NCBI RefSeq assembly: GCF_011045215.1
Contig: NZ_CP049201.1
Strand: one strand, 5' to 3'
DNA from: Escherichia coli
GTDB lineage: Bacteria; Pseudomonadota; Gammaproteobacteria; Enterobacterales; Enterobacteriaceae
DNA length: 64,000 nt
Shown here: positions 1 through 14,142 of the stretch, one piece after another
Position numbering within the stretch: the first letter of the stretch is position 1
Layout: every line of letters begins with the position of its first letter
Program-made: the position numbers and the translations under genes
Notes under the pieces: generated by a model
Told to the model about the DNA's origin: nothing
Seen by the model: only the letters and a program-made list of their open reading frames with translations
Database searches by the model: none

Positions 1-644
1 AATTTGGTATTGAAATCCGCGGCTGCCTGACCCAGATGGGCGACATTCCGCTGGAAATCAAAGACTGGTCGCAGGTTGAACAAAATCCGTTCTTCTGCCC
101 GGACCCGGACAAAATCGACGCGTTAGATGAACTGATGCGCGCGCTGAAAAAAGAGGGCGACTCCATCGGCGCGAAAGTCACCGTTGTAGCCAGTGGTGTC
201 CCCGCCGGACTTGGCGAGCCGGTCTTTGACCGCCTGGATGCCGACATCGCCCATGCGCTGATGAGCATCAACGCGGTGAAAGGCGTGGAAATTGGCGACG
301 GTTTTGACGTAGTGGCGCTGCGCGGCAGCCAGAATCGCGACGAAATCACCAAAGACGGTTTCCAGAGCAACCATGCGGGCGGCATTCTTGGCGGTATCAG
401 CAGCGGGCAGCAAATCATTGCCCATATGGCGCTGAAACCGACCTCCAGCATTACCGTGCCGGGGCGCACCATTAACCGCTTTGGCGAAGAAGTTGAGATG
501 ATCACCAAAGGCCGTCACGATCCTTGTGTCGGGATCCGCGCGGTGCCGATCGCTGAAGCGATGCTGGCGATCGTTTTAATGGATCACCTGCTACGGCAGC
601 GGGCGCAAAATGCCGATGTGAAGACTGATATTCCACGCTGGTAA
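1..644 (+). CDS. aroC: chorismate synthase, C-terminal part (5' end outside window)
   Basis: ORF 36..644 translation matches AroC C-terminus (..[31 protein letters not shown]); frame is open to the window start; followed by mepA as in E. coli. Confidence 0.9.
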   Translation, partial: FGIEIRGCLTQMGDIPLEIKDWSQVEQNPFFCPDPDKIDALDELMRALKKEGDSIGAKVTVVASGVPAGLGEPVFDRLDADIAHALMSINAVKGVEIGDGFDVVALRGSQNRDEITKDGFQSNHAGGILGGISSGQQIIAHMALKPTSSITVPGRTINRFGEEVEMITKGRHDPCVGIRAVPIAEAMLAIVLMDHLLRQRAQNADVKTDIPRW

Positions 645-647
645 AAA

Positions 648-1472
648 ATGAACAAAACCGCGATTGCGCTGCTGGCCCTGCTTGCCAGTAGCGTCAGCCT
701 GGCAGCGACGCCGTGGCAAAAAATAACCCAACCTGTGCCGGGTAGCGCACAATCGATAGGCAGTTTTTCTAATGGCTGTATCGTCGGCGCTGACACTCTG
801 CCGATACAGTCCGAACATTATCAGGTCATGCGTACCGATCAGCGTCGCTATTTCGGTCACCCGGACCTGGTGATGTTTATCCAGCGTCTGAGTAGCCAGG
901 TGAGCAATCTGGGCATGGGTACGGTGCTGATTGGCGATATGGGGATGCCCGCTGGTGGGCGTTTCAACGGCGGTCATGCCAGCCACCAGACCGGACTGGA
1001 TGTCGATATCTTTCTGCAACTGCCGAAAACTCGCTGGACCTCCGCGCAGCTCTTGCGCCCGCAAGCACTGGACTTAGTTTCCCGCGACGGTAAACACGTT
1101 GTCTCCACGCTGTGGAAGCCAGAAATTTTCAGCTTGATCAAACTCGCCGCCCAGGACAAAGACGTCACGCGCATTTTTGTTAATCCGGCGATTAAACAAC
1201 AACTTTGCCTTGATGCGGGCACCGATCGCGACTGGTTGCGCAAAGTGCGACCCTGGTTCCAGCATCGCGCGCATATGCATGTACGATTACGTTGCCCTGC
1301 CGATAGTCTGGAGTGTGAAGATCAACCTTTACCGCCATCAGGCGATGGTTGCGGGGCAGAACTGCAAAGCTGGTTTGAACCTCCAAAACCGGGAACAACA
1401 AAGCCTGAGAAGAAGACACCGCCTCCGTTGCCGCCTTCCTGCCAGGCGCTACTGGATGAGCACGTGATCTAA
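648..1472 (+). CDS. mepA: penicillin-insensitive murein DD-endopeptidase
   Basis: 274 aa, signal peptide, His-rich metallopeptidase motifs; conserved position after aroC. Confidence 0.9.
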   Translation: MNKTAIALLALLASSVSLAATPWQKITQPVPGSAQSIGSFSNGCIVGADTLPIQSEHYQVMRTDQRRYFGHPDLVMFIQRLSSQVSNLGMGTVLIGDMGMPAGGRFNGGHASHQTGLDVDIFLQLPKTRWTSAQLLRPQALDLVSRDGKHVVSTLWKPEIFSLIKLAAQDKDVTRIFVNPAIKQQLCLDAGTDRDWLRKVRPWFQHRAHMHVRLRCPADSLECEDQPLPPSGDGCGAELQSWFEPPKPGTTKPEKKTPPPLPPSCQALLDEHVI

Positions 1473-2281
1473 TGGAAACGTTTAATAGCCTGTTTATGGT
1501 TTCCCCGCTGTTGCTGGGAGTTCTCTTTTTTGTCGCCATGCTGGCGGGATTTATCGACTCGATTGCCGGTGGTGGTGGGTTACTCACGATTCCGGCATTA
1601 ATGGCAGCGGGGATGTCTCCCGCTAATGCGCTGGCAACCAATAAACTGCAAGCCTGCGGCGGCTCTATTTCCGCCACTATCTACTTTATTCGCCGCAAAG
1701 TGGTTAGTTTAAGCGATCAGAAACTCAATATCGCCATGACCTTTATCGGCTCAATGAGCGGCGCACTGCTGGTGCAATACGTTCAGGCTGATGTCTTACG
1801 GCAGATTTTGCCCATTCTGGTGATTTGTATCGGCCTCTATTTCTTGCTGATGCCAAAGCTGGGTGAAGAAGATCGCCAGCGCCGGATGTACGGTTTACCC
1901 TTCGCGTTAATTGCCGGTGGCTGCGTCGGTTTTTATGACGGATTCTTTGGTCCGGCAGCCGGATCGTTTTACGCGCTGGCATTTGTTACGCTGTGCGGAT
2001 TCAACCTCGCCAAAGCCACGGCTCACGCCAAATTACTCAACGCAACGTCAAACATCGGCGGTTTACTGCTGTTTATTCTCGGCGGCAAAGTGATTTGGGC
2101 GACGGGCTTTGTGATGCTAGTGGGGCAGTTCCTCGGCGCGCGCATGGGTTCAAGACTGGTGTTGAGCAAAGGACAAAAACTGATCCGCCCGATGATCGTT
2201 ATCGTCTCGGCGGTGATGAGTGCCAAATTACTTTATGATAGCCACGGACAGGAGATCCTCCACTGGTTGGGGATGAACTAA
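1472..2281 (+). CDS. yfcA: TauE/SafE family inner membrane protein
   Basis: 269 aa polytopic membrane protein; start overlaps the mepA stop. Confidence 0.88.
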   Translation: METFNSLFMVSPLLLGVLFFVAMLAGFIDSIAGGGGLLTIPALMAAGMSPANALATNKLQACGGSISATIYFIRRKVVSLSDQKLNIAMTFIGSMSGALLVQYVQADVLRQILPILVICIGLYFLLMPKLGEEDRQRRMYGLPFALIAGGCVGFYDGFFGPAAGSFYALAFVTLCGFNLAKATAHAKLLNATSNIGGLLLFILGGKVIWATGFVMLVGQFLGARMGSRLVLSKGQKLIRPMIVIVSAVMSAKLLYDSHGQEILHWLGMN

Positions 2282-2829
2282 TGAACAGTACACACCACTA
2301 TGAGCAGTTGATTGAAATTTTTAATAGCTGCTTTGCCGATGATTTTAATACCCGTCTGATTAAAGGCGACGACGAACCGATCTATCTTCCTGCTGATGCG
2401 GAAGTACCGTATAACCGAATCGTCTTTGCTCATGGCTTTTATGCCAGCGCAATTCATGAGATTTCGCACTGGTGTATTGCCGGAAAAGCGCGCCGTGAGC
2501 TGGTTGATTTCGGCTACTGGTATTGCCCGGACGGACGCGATGCCCAAACGCAAAGCCAGTTTGAAGATGTTGAAGTGAAGCCGCAGGCGCTCGACTGGTT
2601 GTTCTGCGTGGCGGCTGGATATCCGTTTAACGTCAGTTGCGACAATCTGGAAGGCGACTTCGAACCGGACCGCGTGGTGTTTCAACGGCGAGTACATGCG
2701 CAGGTGATGGATTATCTAACAAATGGCATTCCGGAACGCCCGGCACGTTTCATTAAAGCACTACAAAATTATTATCACACGCCGGAACTTACGGCGGAAC
2801 AGTTCCCGTGGCCGGAAGCGCTCAACTGA
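2281..2829 (+). CDS. epmC: elongation factor P hydroxylase
   Basis: 182 aa, translationally coupled to yfcA; matches remembered YfcM/EpmC. Confidence 0.85.
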   Translation: MNSTHHYEQLIEIFNSCFADDFNTRLIKGDDEPIYLPADAEVPYNRIVFAHGFYASAIHEISHWCIAGKARRELVDFGYWYCPDGRDAQTQSQFEDVEVKPQALDWLFCVAAGYPFNVSCDNLEGDFEPDRVVFQRRVHAQVMDYLTNGIPERPARFIKALQNYYHTPELTAEQFPWPEALN

Positions 2830-2862
2830 AGCCAGCGCCACGTTTTACAATGAGGAAAGAAG

Positions 2863-3141
2863 ATGATCGCGGAGTTTGAATCACGCATTCTGGCATTAAT
2901 CGACGGTATGGTTGACCATGCCAGTGATGATGAGTTGTTTGCCAGTGGGTATTTGCGTGGCCACCTGACATTAGCCATCGCAGAACTGGAAAGTGGTGAT
3001 GACCACTCCGCTCAGGCGGTGCATACGACCGTTAGCCAGAGTCTGGAAAAAGCCATTGGTGCTGGTGAATTGTCGCCGCGTGACCAGGCGCTGGTGACCG
3101 ATATGTGGGAAAACCTGTTTCAGCAGGCGTCACAGCAGTAA
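2863..3141 (+). CDS. yfcL: YfcL family protein
   Basis: 92 aa acidic protein in the conserved position. Confidence 0.8.
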
Positions 3142-3147
3142 GTTGCG

Positions 3148-3244
<97 letters not shown>

Positions 3245-3261
3245 AACACTGCGAGAGCAGA

Positions 3262-5334
<2,073 letters not shown>

Positions 5335-5362
5335 CTATTAATTGGCTGATCGGACTTGTTCG

Positions 5363-5400
5363 GCGTACAAGTGTACGCTATTGTGCATTCGAAACTTACT
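5363..5400 (+). promoter_or_regulatory. fabB control region: FabR-type palindrome plus adjacent FadR-type site
   Basis: Perfect palindrome GCGTACAAGTGTACGC at 5363..5378 followed by ttgtgcattcgaaacttact just upstream of fabB; assignment is from memory of the fabB promoter. Confidence 0.5.
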
Positions 5401-5426
5401 CTATGTGCGACTTACAGAGGTATTGA

Positions 5427-6647
5427 ATGAAACGTGCAGTGATTACTGGCCTGGGCATTGTTTCCAGCATCGGTAATAACCAGCAGGAAGTCCTGGCATC
5501 TCTGCGTGAAGGACGTTCAGGGATCACTTTCTCTCAGGAGCTGAAGGATTCCGGCATGCGTAGCCACGTCTGGGGCAACGTAAAACTGGATACCACTGGC
5601 CTCATTGACCGCAAAGTTGTGCGCTTTATGAGCGACGCATCCATTTATGCATTCCTTTCTATGGAGCAGGCAATCGCAGATGCGGGCCTCTCTCCGGAAG
5701 CTTACCAGAATAATCCGCGCGTTGGCCTGATTGCAGGTTCTGGCGGCGGTTCCCCGCGTTTCCAGGTGTTCGGCGCTGACGCAATGCGCGGCCCGCGCGG
5801 CCTGAAAGCGGTTGGCCCGTATGTGGTCACCAAAGCGATGGCATCCGGCGTTTCTGCCTGCCTCGCCACCCCGTTTAAAATTCATGGCGTTAACTACTCC
5901 ATCAGCTCCGCGTGTGCGACTTCCGCACACTGTATCGGTAACGCAGTAGAGCAGATCCAACTGGGCAAACAGGACATCGTGTTTGCTGGCGGCGGCGAAG
6001 AGCTGTGCTGGGAAATGGCTTGCGAATTCGACGCAATGGGTGCGCTGTCTACTAAATACAACGACACCCCGGAAAAAGCCTCCCGTACTTACGACGCTCA
6101 CCGTGACGGTTTCGTTATCGCTGGCGGCGGCGGTATGGTGGTGGTTGAAGAGCTGGAACACGCGCTGGCGCGTGGTGCTCATATCTATGCTGAAATCGTT
6201 GGCTACGGCGCAACGTCTGATGGCGCAGACATGGTTGCTCCGTCTGGCGAAGGCGCAGTACGTTGTATGCAGATGGCGATGCATGGCGTTGATACCCCAA
6301 TCGATTACCTGAACTCCCACGGCACTTCGACTCCGGTTGGCGACGTGAAAGAGCTGGCAGCTATCCGTGAAGTGTTCGGCGATAAGAGCCCGGCGATTTC
6401 TGCAACCAAAGCCATGACCGGTCACTCTCTGGGCGCTGCTGGCGTACAGGAAGCTATCTACTCTCTGTTGATGCTGGAACACGGCTTTATCGCCCCGAGC
6501 ATCAACATTGAAGAGCTGGACGAGCAGGCTGCGGGTCTGAACATCGTGACCGAAACGACCGATCGCGAACTGACCACTGTTATGTCTAACAGCTTCGGCT
6601 TCGGCGGCACCAACGCCACGCTGGTAATGCGCAAGCTGAAGGATTAA
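5427..6647 (+). CDS. fabB: 3-oxoacyl-ACP synthase I (KAS I)
   Basis: 406 aa; active-site Cys context ([14 protein letters not shown]) and C-terminal [10 protein letters not shown]. Confidence 0.95.
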   Translation: MKRAVITGLGIVSSIGNNQQEVLASLREGRSGITFSQELKDSGMRSHVWGNVKLDTTGLIDRKVVRFMSDASIYAFLSMEQAIADAGLSPEAYQNNPRVGLIAGSGGGSPRFQVFGADAMRGPRGLKAVGPYVVTKAMASGVSACLATPFKIHGVNYSISSACATSAHCIGNAVEQIQLGKQDIVFAGGGEELCWEMACEFDAMGALSTKYNDTPEKASRTYDAHRDGFVIAGGGGMVVVEELEHALARGAHIYAEIVGYGATSDGADMVAPSGEGAVRCMQMAMHGVDTPIDYLNSHGTSTPVGDVKELAAIREVFGDKSPAISATKAMTGHSLGAAGVQEAIYSLLMLEHGFIAPSINIEELDEQAAGLNIVTETTDRELTTVMSNSFGFGGTNATLVMRKLKD

Positions 6648-6652
6648 TTCGC

Positions 6653-6725
6653 AGTAGGCCGGAGTAGGTCGGATAAGACGCGTCAGCGTCGCATCCGACG
6701 TTACGCGCCAATGCGGCCTCCGGCA
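6653..6725. repeat. REP-type palindromic repeats
   Basis: gtaggccggagtaggtcggataagacgcgtcagcgtcgcatccgac pattern. Confidence 0.5.
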
Positions 6726-6736
6726 CTAACGCCAAA

Positions 6737-6760
6737 GGGAACCCGATGGTTCCCTTTTTC
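6737..6760 (+). terminator. rho-independent terminator downstream of fabB
   Basis: gggaacccgatggttccc hairpin followed by TTTTT. Confidence 0.7.
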
Positions 6761-6918
6761 ACATCATTGACAATCGCCGCCTGTTCCAGGCAAACTTCCC
6801 GCTTTGTCGATTTCCTTCTGAAAAGACGTACGCGTTAAATCCTGCCAACGCACCGTAACCCTGAAACCAGAGAGATGAGACGGGGATACTCCTCGCCTTG
6901 CGCTGCATTCTGGAGTAA

Positions 6919-9092
<2,174 letters not shown>

Positions 9093-9183
9093 TACGTATC
9101 CTTATACCTGAAATCTTCGCAAGTATGCCTGGCCGCGAGATTATGGCACACTTGTCCGGTTAACTCTCGTCTCATACAGGTAA

Positions 9184-9203
9184 CACAAACGTGAAAATCC
9201 TTG
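9184..9203. repeat. prophage attL core (20-bp direct repeat)
   Basis: AAAATCCTTGTTGATGAAAA is repeated exactly at 46009..46028; the two copies bracket the prophage. Confidence 0.65.
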
Positions 9204-9296
9204 TTGATGAAAAAAACAAAGATTTAATTTATTGATATAAAAGGATTTGTATCAGCGTATGTCCACGCGGTGACCACATTTTCGAGAGGTAGAGTA

Positions 9297-9323
9297 AGCC
9301 CGCAACATTGCGGGCTTTGTCTT
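9297..9323 (+). terminator. plus-strand hairpin and T-tract just inside the prophage left end
   Basis: agcccgcaacattgcgggct followed by ttgtctt; in the circularised phage this would lie downstream of int across attP. Confidence 0.45.
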
Positions 9324-10113
9324 ATGGTTCGATCGCCGTTTTGAGACGTTGTGTTGCTACATCAAAATAATGATCACTGGTTTCTATACCAATAAATTTG
9401 CGTCCTGCTTTCAGTGCAGCCACACCCGTTGTCCCTGACCCCATAAAAGGATCAAGGACTGTTCCACCACTATTCGCAGTCCTGACCAGCTCTGCCATAA
9501 GTTCTTCTGGCTTTCCGGTCGGGTGCATTTTCTTTGACGGGATAACCGGGAACGTCATGCAGCCGTCGAACGGACCTGAAGGCGATTTATCTAAATGGCC
9601 TTTGCTGCCCCAGACGATGTATTCACACTGATGCCGGAAATACCCCGTATGGGGTGTTCGTGACCCCCTTCCTTTGTTCCACACAATGATTCCACGCCAT
9701 GTAAAACCGCTGGCCTGAAACGCATCGGTTAAAGCTGGTAGTTGTCGCCAGTCAGTAAATACCAGGGCATAACCGCCCGGTCTGACCGCGCGGTGTGCCT
9801 GTGCCATCCATAATTGTGTCCAGTAAGCCCACGAACGGGCGTCCATGTTTTCACCCGCGAACCCATCAAAGCGGTGAAGGTTCCCGCCGTTCAGATATTT
9901 TGCATGGCTGCCCTGGTTGGTGCGTCCGGCCTTGTGTGTCGCACCCGAACTGTAAGGCGGGTCAGTGATTAAAGCATCAATGCTTTCTGGCTCAATCAGC
10001 GGCAATATTTCCAGCGCATTCCCACGACAGAGCGTGGCATTGTCAGTCTGATAAACCTTAGTGTGTTCCGGTGTATGTGCTGGTTGGTGCTGGATTGCGA
10101 TCCCCACGGTCAT
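9322..10113 (-). CDS. DNA amino-methyltransferase (N6-adenine or N4-cytosine)
   Basis: 263 aa; DPPY motif (ITDPPYSSG) precedes the AdoMet motif (FMGSGTTG), i.e. permuted motif order; AGGAG 3 nt before the ATG, lying inside the com 3' end. Confidence 0.85.
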   Translation of the reverse strand: MTVGIAIQHQPAHTPEHTKVYQTDNATLCRGNALEILPLIEPESIDALITDPPYSSGATHKAGRTNQGSHAKYLNGGNLHRFDGFAGENMDARSWAYWTQLWMAQAHRAVRPGGYALVFTDWRQLPALTDAFQASGFTWRGIIVWNKGRGSRTPHTGYFRHQCEYIVWGSKGHLDKSPSGPFDGCMTFPVIPSKKMHPTGKPEELMAELVRTANSGGTVLDPFMGSGTTGVAALKAGRKFIGIETSDHYFDVATQRLKTAIEP

Positions 10114-10255
10114 AACTCCTCATGTGTGTGGGGTGCTCGATGGCTCTCGTTATCTGGTTAAGTGTTTTGCAGCGCGGACATTTTATTTCAATGTAGTGAA
10201 ATGAGGCGCGGGCAAGTAGTTTGTTGCAATTTTTGCATCGTACATTTTGCGTCAT
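10058..10255 (-). CDS. com: Com-like zinc-finger translational regulator
   Basis: MTQNVRCKNCNKLL...IEIKCPRCKTLN resembles Mu Com as recalled (CxxC...CxxC); 3' end overlaps the methyltransferase start by about 56 nt. Confidence 0.75.
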   Translation of the reverse strand: MTQNVRCKNCNKLLARASFHYIEIKCPRCKTLNQITRAIEHPTHMRSYDRGDRNPAPTSTYTGTH

Positions 10256-10302
10256 TTGCGGCACCTCTTGTGTGGTTACTGCTGCCGATATGATAGCAAA
10301 TC

Positions 10303-10337
10303 GATCGTTTTTATCGATCGGATTTATTGCATCGATC
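10303..10337 (-). promoter_or_regulatory. cluster of three GATC sites upstream of com
   Basis: Three TCGATC motifs at 10303, 10315 and 10334 within 35 bp, 40-80 bp upstream of the com start. Confidence 0.5.
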
Positions 10338-10365
10338 TGTTATGTCTATTGCTCATGGATGGGGA

Positions 10366-10401
10366 TACCAAAAAGAAAACCCGCAGTTTTTACGCTGCGG
10401 G
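10366..10401 (-). terminator. rho-independent terminator (minus strand)
   Basis: On the minus strand cccgcag-cgtaaaaa-ctgcggg followed by ttttctttttgg. Confidence 0.6.
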
Positions 10402-10490
10402 CTTGTTGTTCATGTCTGTGAGATAGGGTGCCTTATCGACCTTACCCTGACAACCGATTGACGGGGGATTGCTCCCCCGTCGCGGTTTCC

Positions 10491-10631
10491 TTACTGCTTA
10501 CACTGTAAGAACGCCGCAAACTCCGCTCCCCAGAAGCTCATCCGTATTTCGCATAGCGAACCGTGCAGCATCCAGATGATGAGGATTGCCGTCACGCAGA
10601 ACGTGATGGCCGTAAGCGATTTTTGCGACAT
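10491..10631 (-). CDS. hypothetical 46-aa hydrophobic peptide
   Basis: MSQKSLTAITFCVTAILIIWMLHG...; AAGGAG 8 nt upstream of the ATG; below the ORF-track cutoff so read directly from sequence. Confidence 0.3.
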   Translation of the reverse strand: MSQKSLTAITFCVTAILIIWMLHGSLCEIRMSFWGAEFAAFLQCKQ

Positions 10632-10821
10632 AGCACTTGCTCCTTTTCCGGAGAGGCGCTAACCTTTCACTTGTCAAGGTAATGCGGTTAGGGCCTCGGT
10701 TAAACAGAGATGTTTTCCGGGGCCTTTCCACATCTGGCCTTCGGGTATTCCCTCCGACCATCAGCCGAAAGGCACCCGCGCGTAATCTATCGCTTTTTTG
10801 TTACTCCGGCAATTCTGCCTG

Positions 10822-11082
10822 TTAATTCTGAGGTAAAGGCAAACTCATCTGATTGTTTCCCCTGTGTGAAGCTGGCAGATCATGCCATGGGATACCTTCT
10901 GATGAGTGAACGCCGGAGGCGTGTTTCGATGTAAATTTATGGAAAGCTTCCAGTGTTGAGAAGCATACGCCGCATTCCAGGTTGTTACACTGGTAATACT
11001 TTTGCCGCACGGTGTTTGAATCATTTTCCGGACGACTGGTGCGGATACGGGCAGATGCGCCACAAAGCGGACAACGGAACAT
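10822..11082 (-). CDS. ogr: Ogr/Delta-type zinc-finger late-gene activator
   Basis: MFRCPLCGASARIRTSR...YYQCNNLECGVCF resembles the P2 Ogr Cys4 finger as recalled. Confidence 0.85.
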   Translation of the reverse strand: MFRCPLCGASARIRTSRPENDSNTVRQKYYQCNNLECGVCFSTLEAFHKFTSKHASGVHSSEGIPWHDLPASHRGNNQMSLPLPQN

Positions 11083-11124
11083 AGCGACCTCCCTTAACGT
11101 GGTGCTGTCGCTATTCTAAGTTCC

Positions 11125-12234
11125 TCACTCTGTTTCCGCTATCCATTCCGGGATTTTTGCCTCAAGCTCAAGCTGTGTGGTAAAGCCACTGTTATCAATG
11201 GTGTGCTCGGCTTTTGCAATAATCCAGTCCTGATTATCAATCTCGCTTTTAAATCCTGTTACCGTGCCATGCATTTCGGGGTAGAGTTCTGCGCGTCCGC
11301 GTGCCAGTGTGATGGAGAATGATGCGGCTCCGCGTTGTAGTTGTTGCCACTTTGCCGCCGCTGCGCGTCTTGCTGCCTGCTCGTTCTGATAAGTCTTGCG
11401 TAACACAAACACATTGCCTTCCGCGCCTTCCATATAATCACCTTCACGGCTGCTGCTTTTCTCTTTTTTCGGTTTTGGCGGTTTGCGGCGTTTCACGCTG
11501 ACTTTTTTCTTTTTCCCGTAATTAAGATCAAGCCAGTAAGCGCGTACCCCCGTATACGCCTCGCGGTCAGCAATGCGGAACTGATGGCGATCGCCGCTGC
11601 TGCGTGTGATGGCGAACGAGGGCAACGGCTGGCCCTGTGCGTTCACGCCACCGCCGGGCATGATGAATAACAGATTACCGCTTTTTACCGTGGTGATTGC
11701 GCCCAGCATTTCCGCCATGCGCGTAAGGAAGGACATGTCACTTTCTTCGGTCTGGTCGGCGTGGTCGATTTCGATATCCATCAGCATTTCGCTGATTTGC
11801 GGTTTCAGACCGTACCGATGAGCGATGGCGGATACCACACGCTCAACGGTCACATCATGCCAGGACATCTCACGTTTAACGTTAAATTCATCCCGAAAAT
11901 CTGCGCTTCTGGCTGAAACAGTCAGCCTGTCCGGCGGTCCTTCGTGAGCGATTTCATCAACAATGTAAGTGCCTTTTTCTGTCAGCGGTTCTCCTTTCCA
12001 GCCAATGAGAACCGTCAGGCGCGCGCCCCGTGGCGGTAGCTGCAACTGACCATCCGCATCATCCAGCGTGATGGTGAGCTGGTCCGCCTCAAATCCCCGG
12101 TTGTCGGTCAGTGACAGGCTCATCAGGCGCTCGGCCACGCCTGACAGCGTTTTACCCTCCGCGAGAATATCAAAATCCGGCATTTTCACGGGGTCTGTGC
12201 CCTGACTGAGCAATTGCATGGTGGTATCGGTCAT
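11125..12234 (-). CDS. D: tail protein D (gpD / late control D family)
   Basis: Listed ORF 11125..12366; GGAGGG precedes ATG at 12234 (MTDTTMQLL..); lysine-rich central segment; C-terminal NSGFTTQLELEAKIPEW as in gpD. Confidence 0.85.
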   Translation of the reverse strand: MTDTTMQLLSQGTDPVKMPDFDILAEGKTLSGVAERLMSLSLTDNRGFEADQLTITLDDADGQLQLPPRGARLTVLIGWKGEPLTEKGTYIVDEIAHEGPPDRLTVSARSADFRDEFNVKREMSWHDVTVERVVSAIAHRYGLKPQISEMLMDIEIDHADQTEESDMSFLTRMAEMLGAITTVKSGNLLFIMPGGGVNAQGQPLPSFAITRSSGDRHQFRIADREAYTGVRAYWLDLNYGKKKKVSVKRRKPPKPKKEKSSSREGDYMEGAEGNVFVLRKTYQNEQAARRAAAAKWQQLQRGAASFSITLARGRAELYPEMHGTVTGFKSEIDNQDWIIAKAEHTIDNSGFTTQLELEAKIPEWIAETE

Positions 12235-12391
12235 CTGTTCCCTCCCTGTGCGGCATGGTCGCATGTGCGTGCGGAGGGGGTTACTGCTTTTTGTTGTCGC
12301 CGTGGCGGGAGAACGGCGCAGGGGTGAGATTACGCGCGTGGTGGGTGATGATTGTTGCCGAATCATTTAACGGATACAAGGGGCTGAAGCT

Positions 12392-13576
12392 ATGAGTGAA
12401 ACTCGTTTTCATGGTGCCCGTGTTACGGAAAATACCGACCTGGTAACAGCGATTAACGATGTTGATTCCAGCGTTATCGGTATCGTGGCAACGGCGGATG
12501 ATGCGGACGCGAAGCTGTTCCCGCTGAACAAGCCCACACTGCTGACCCGCGTCAATGACGTGCTGGGAAAATGCGGGACAACGGGGACGCTTTATCGTGC
12601 GCTTAAGGCCATCGCAGACCAGGTGAGCACAAAGGTGATCGTCGTTCGCGTGGCTGAACACAAAGAAGAAGACGGAAAAACGCAGGATCAACTGGTTATC
12701 GGTGGTTCTGAATCTGACGGCAGCTATACGGGGATGTATGCGCTGCTTGTTGCAGAGCAGGATGAAAGCATCGGATACCGTCCGCGTATTCTGGCCGCGC
12801 CGGAGCTGGACACGGAGGCGGTAACAAAATCCCTGTGCGTGATTGCGGGTAAACTGCGCGCGTTTGTGTATGCCTCATGTCACGGCTGTAACACGATGGC
12901 TGAGGCGATTACCTACCGCCAGAAATTCAACGAACGTGAGGTGATGCTCTTATGGCCGGACTTCATCGCCTACAACCCGAAAAGTGGCAAAAACGAAACG
13001 TTCCCCGCGCCTGCCTATGCGTGCGGCCTTCGTGCGTACATTGACCATGAGCAGGGATGGCACAAATCACTGTCCAACGTTCCGGTTAAAAATGTGCTGG
13101 GGATGTCGAGGCATGTGTTCTGGTCGTTGCAGGCCGAAGACAGCGATGCCAACAGCCTCAACAACAAAGAAATCACGACCATTATTCGTCGCAACGGGTT
13201 CCGCTTCTGGGGCAACCGCACACCGGAAACGAACGCCTACATCTTTGAGGTGTATACCCGAACCGCACAGGTGCTGGCTGATTCAATTGCGGAAGCGCAG
13301 TTTGAAACCATCGACAGTCCACTGACGCCTGCGAACGTGAAGGATGTTATCAGTGCCATCAGGGCAAAACTGGATTCACTGGTTACTGCCGGGAAACTGA
13401 TTGGCGCGGAGTGCTGGTATGACGTGGTGGATAACAGCACCACGGATTTACGTCAGGGGCGTGTGCGTATTCGCTACAAATATACGCCTGTTCCCCCGCT
13501 GGAAGACATGGAGCTTTACCAGACGTTTACTGATGAATACTTTGAACCCGCATTTGCGGTGCTGGGAGGTGCCTGA
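12392..13576 (+). CDS. FI: contractile tail sheath protein FI
   Basis: 394 aa; strong resemblance to P2 gpFI (..FPLNKP..RNGFRFWGNRT..YTPVPPLE..). Confidence 0.92.
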   Translation: MSETRFHGARVTENTDLVTAINDVDSSVIGIVATADDADAKLFPLNKPTLLTRVNDVLGKCGTTGTLYRALKAIADQVSTKVIVVRVAEHKEEDGKTQDQLVIGGSESDGSYTGMYALLVAEQDESIGYRPRILAAPELDTEAVTKSLCVIAGKLRAFVYASCHGCNTMAEAITYRQKFNEREVMLLWPDFIAYNPKSGKNETFPAPAYACGLRAYIDHEQGWHKSLSNVPVKNVLGMSRHVFWSLQAEDSDANSLNNKEITTIIRRNGFRFWGNRTPETNAYIFEVYTRTAQVLADSIAEAQFETIDSPLTPANVKDVISAIRAKLDSLVTAGKLIGAECWYDVVDNSTTDLRQGRVRIRYKYTPVPPLEDMELYQTFTDEYFEPAFAVLGGA

Positions 13577-14088
13577 TGGCTGTGCCAAAACATCTTCGCT
13601 TTTTTACGCTGTTTGTGGATGGTGAAAACGAAGTGGGTAAGGTGACGTCCGTCACTCTGCCTAAGCTGACGCGCAAAACCGACAGCTACCGGGGTGGCGG
13701 CATGATGGGTGCGGTAAGTATTGATCTCGGTCTGGACGACTCCGCGCTTGATGCGAGCTTTGTCATGGGGGGCGCAGTTCGTGAGCTGTTCCTTAAGTAT
13801 GGCGGCACGATTGACGGCACGCTGCTGCGTTTTGCGGGTGAATACTACACCGATGCAGAAAGCGACCTGTATGAAGTCGAAATGCGCGGACGTGTGACGG
13901 AAATTGATATGGGGGAAGCCAAACAGGGCGAAGCCACATCACACACTTACGCCATTAAAAACACCTACTACAAGCTGAGTGTTAACGATCGCCCGTTGTG
14001 GGAGATTGACCTGCTGAACTTCATTTACCGGAAGGACGGCAAGGACATTGTGCCCGATCGCATCCGTTCCGCGCTTGGGCTTGGCTGA
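13576..14088 (+). CDS. FII: tail tube protein FII
   Basis: 170 aa; VTLPKLTRK..YRGGGM motif of P2 gpFII. Confidence 0.9.
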   Translation: MAVPKHLRFFTLFVDGENEVGKVTSVTLPKLTRKTDSYRGGGMMGAVSIDLGLDDSALDASFVMGGAVRELFLKYGGTIDGTLLRFAGEYYTDAESDLYEVEMRGRVTEIDMGEAKQGEATSHTYAIKNTYYKLSVNDRPLWEIDLLNFIYRKDGKDIVPDRIRSALGLG

Positions 14089-14142
14089 TAAGTAATATGC
14101 AGGCGGCGCAGTGCGTCGCCTCTGACTGAAAGGAGTTTCCTG

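Noticed and set aside
123-518. 131-aa minus-strand ORF inside aroC
   Set aside because: Antisense to a well-supported conserved gene; Ala/Gly-rich translation typical of a GC-rich antisense frame.
5517-6482. 321-aa minus-strand ORF antisense to fabB
   Set aside because: Entirely inside fabB on the opposite strand; no recognisable motifs; an artefact of a long GC-rich coding region.
10498-10761. 87-aa minus-strand ORF between ogr and com
   Set aside because: Arg/Gly-rich frame with no RBS; a different frame here gives the more plausible 46-aa hydrophobic ORF with a strong RBS, itself reported only at low confidence.
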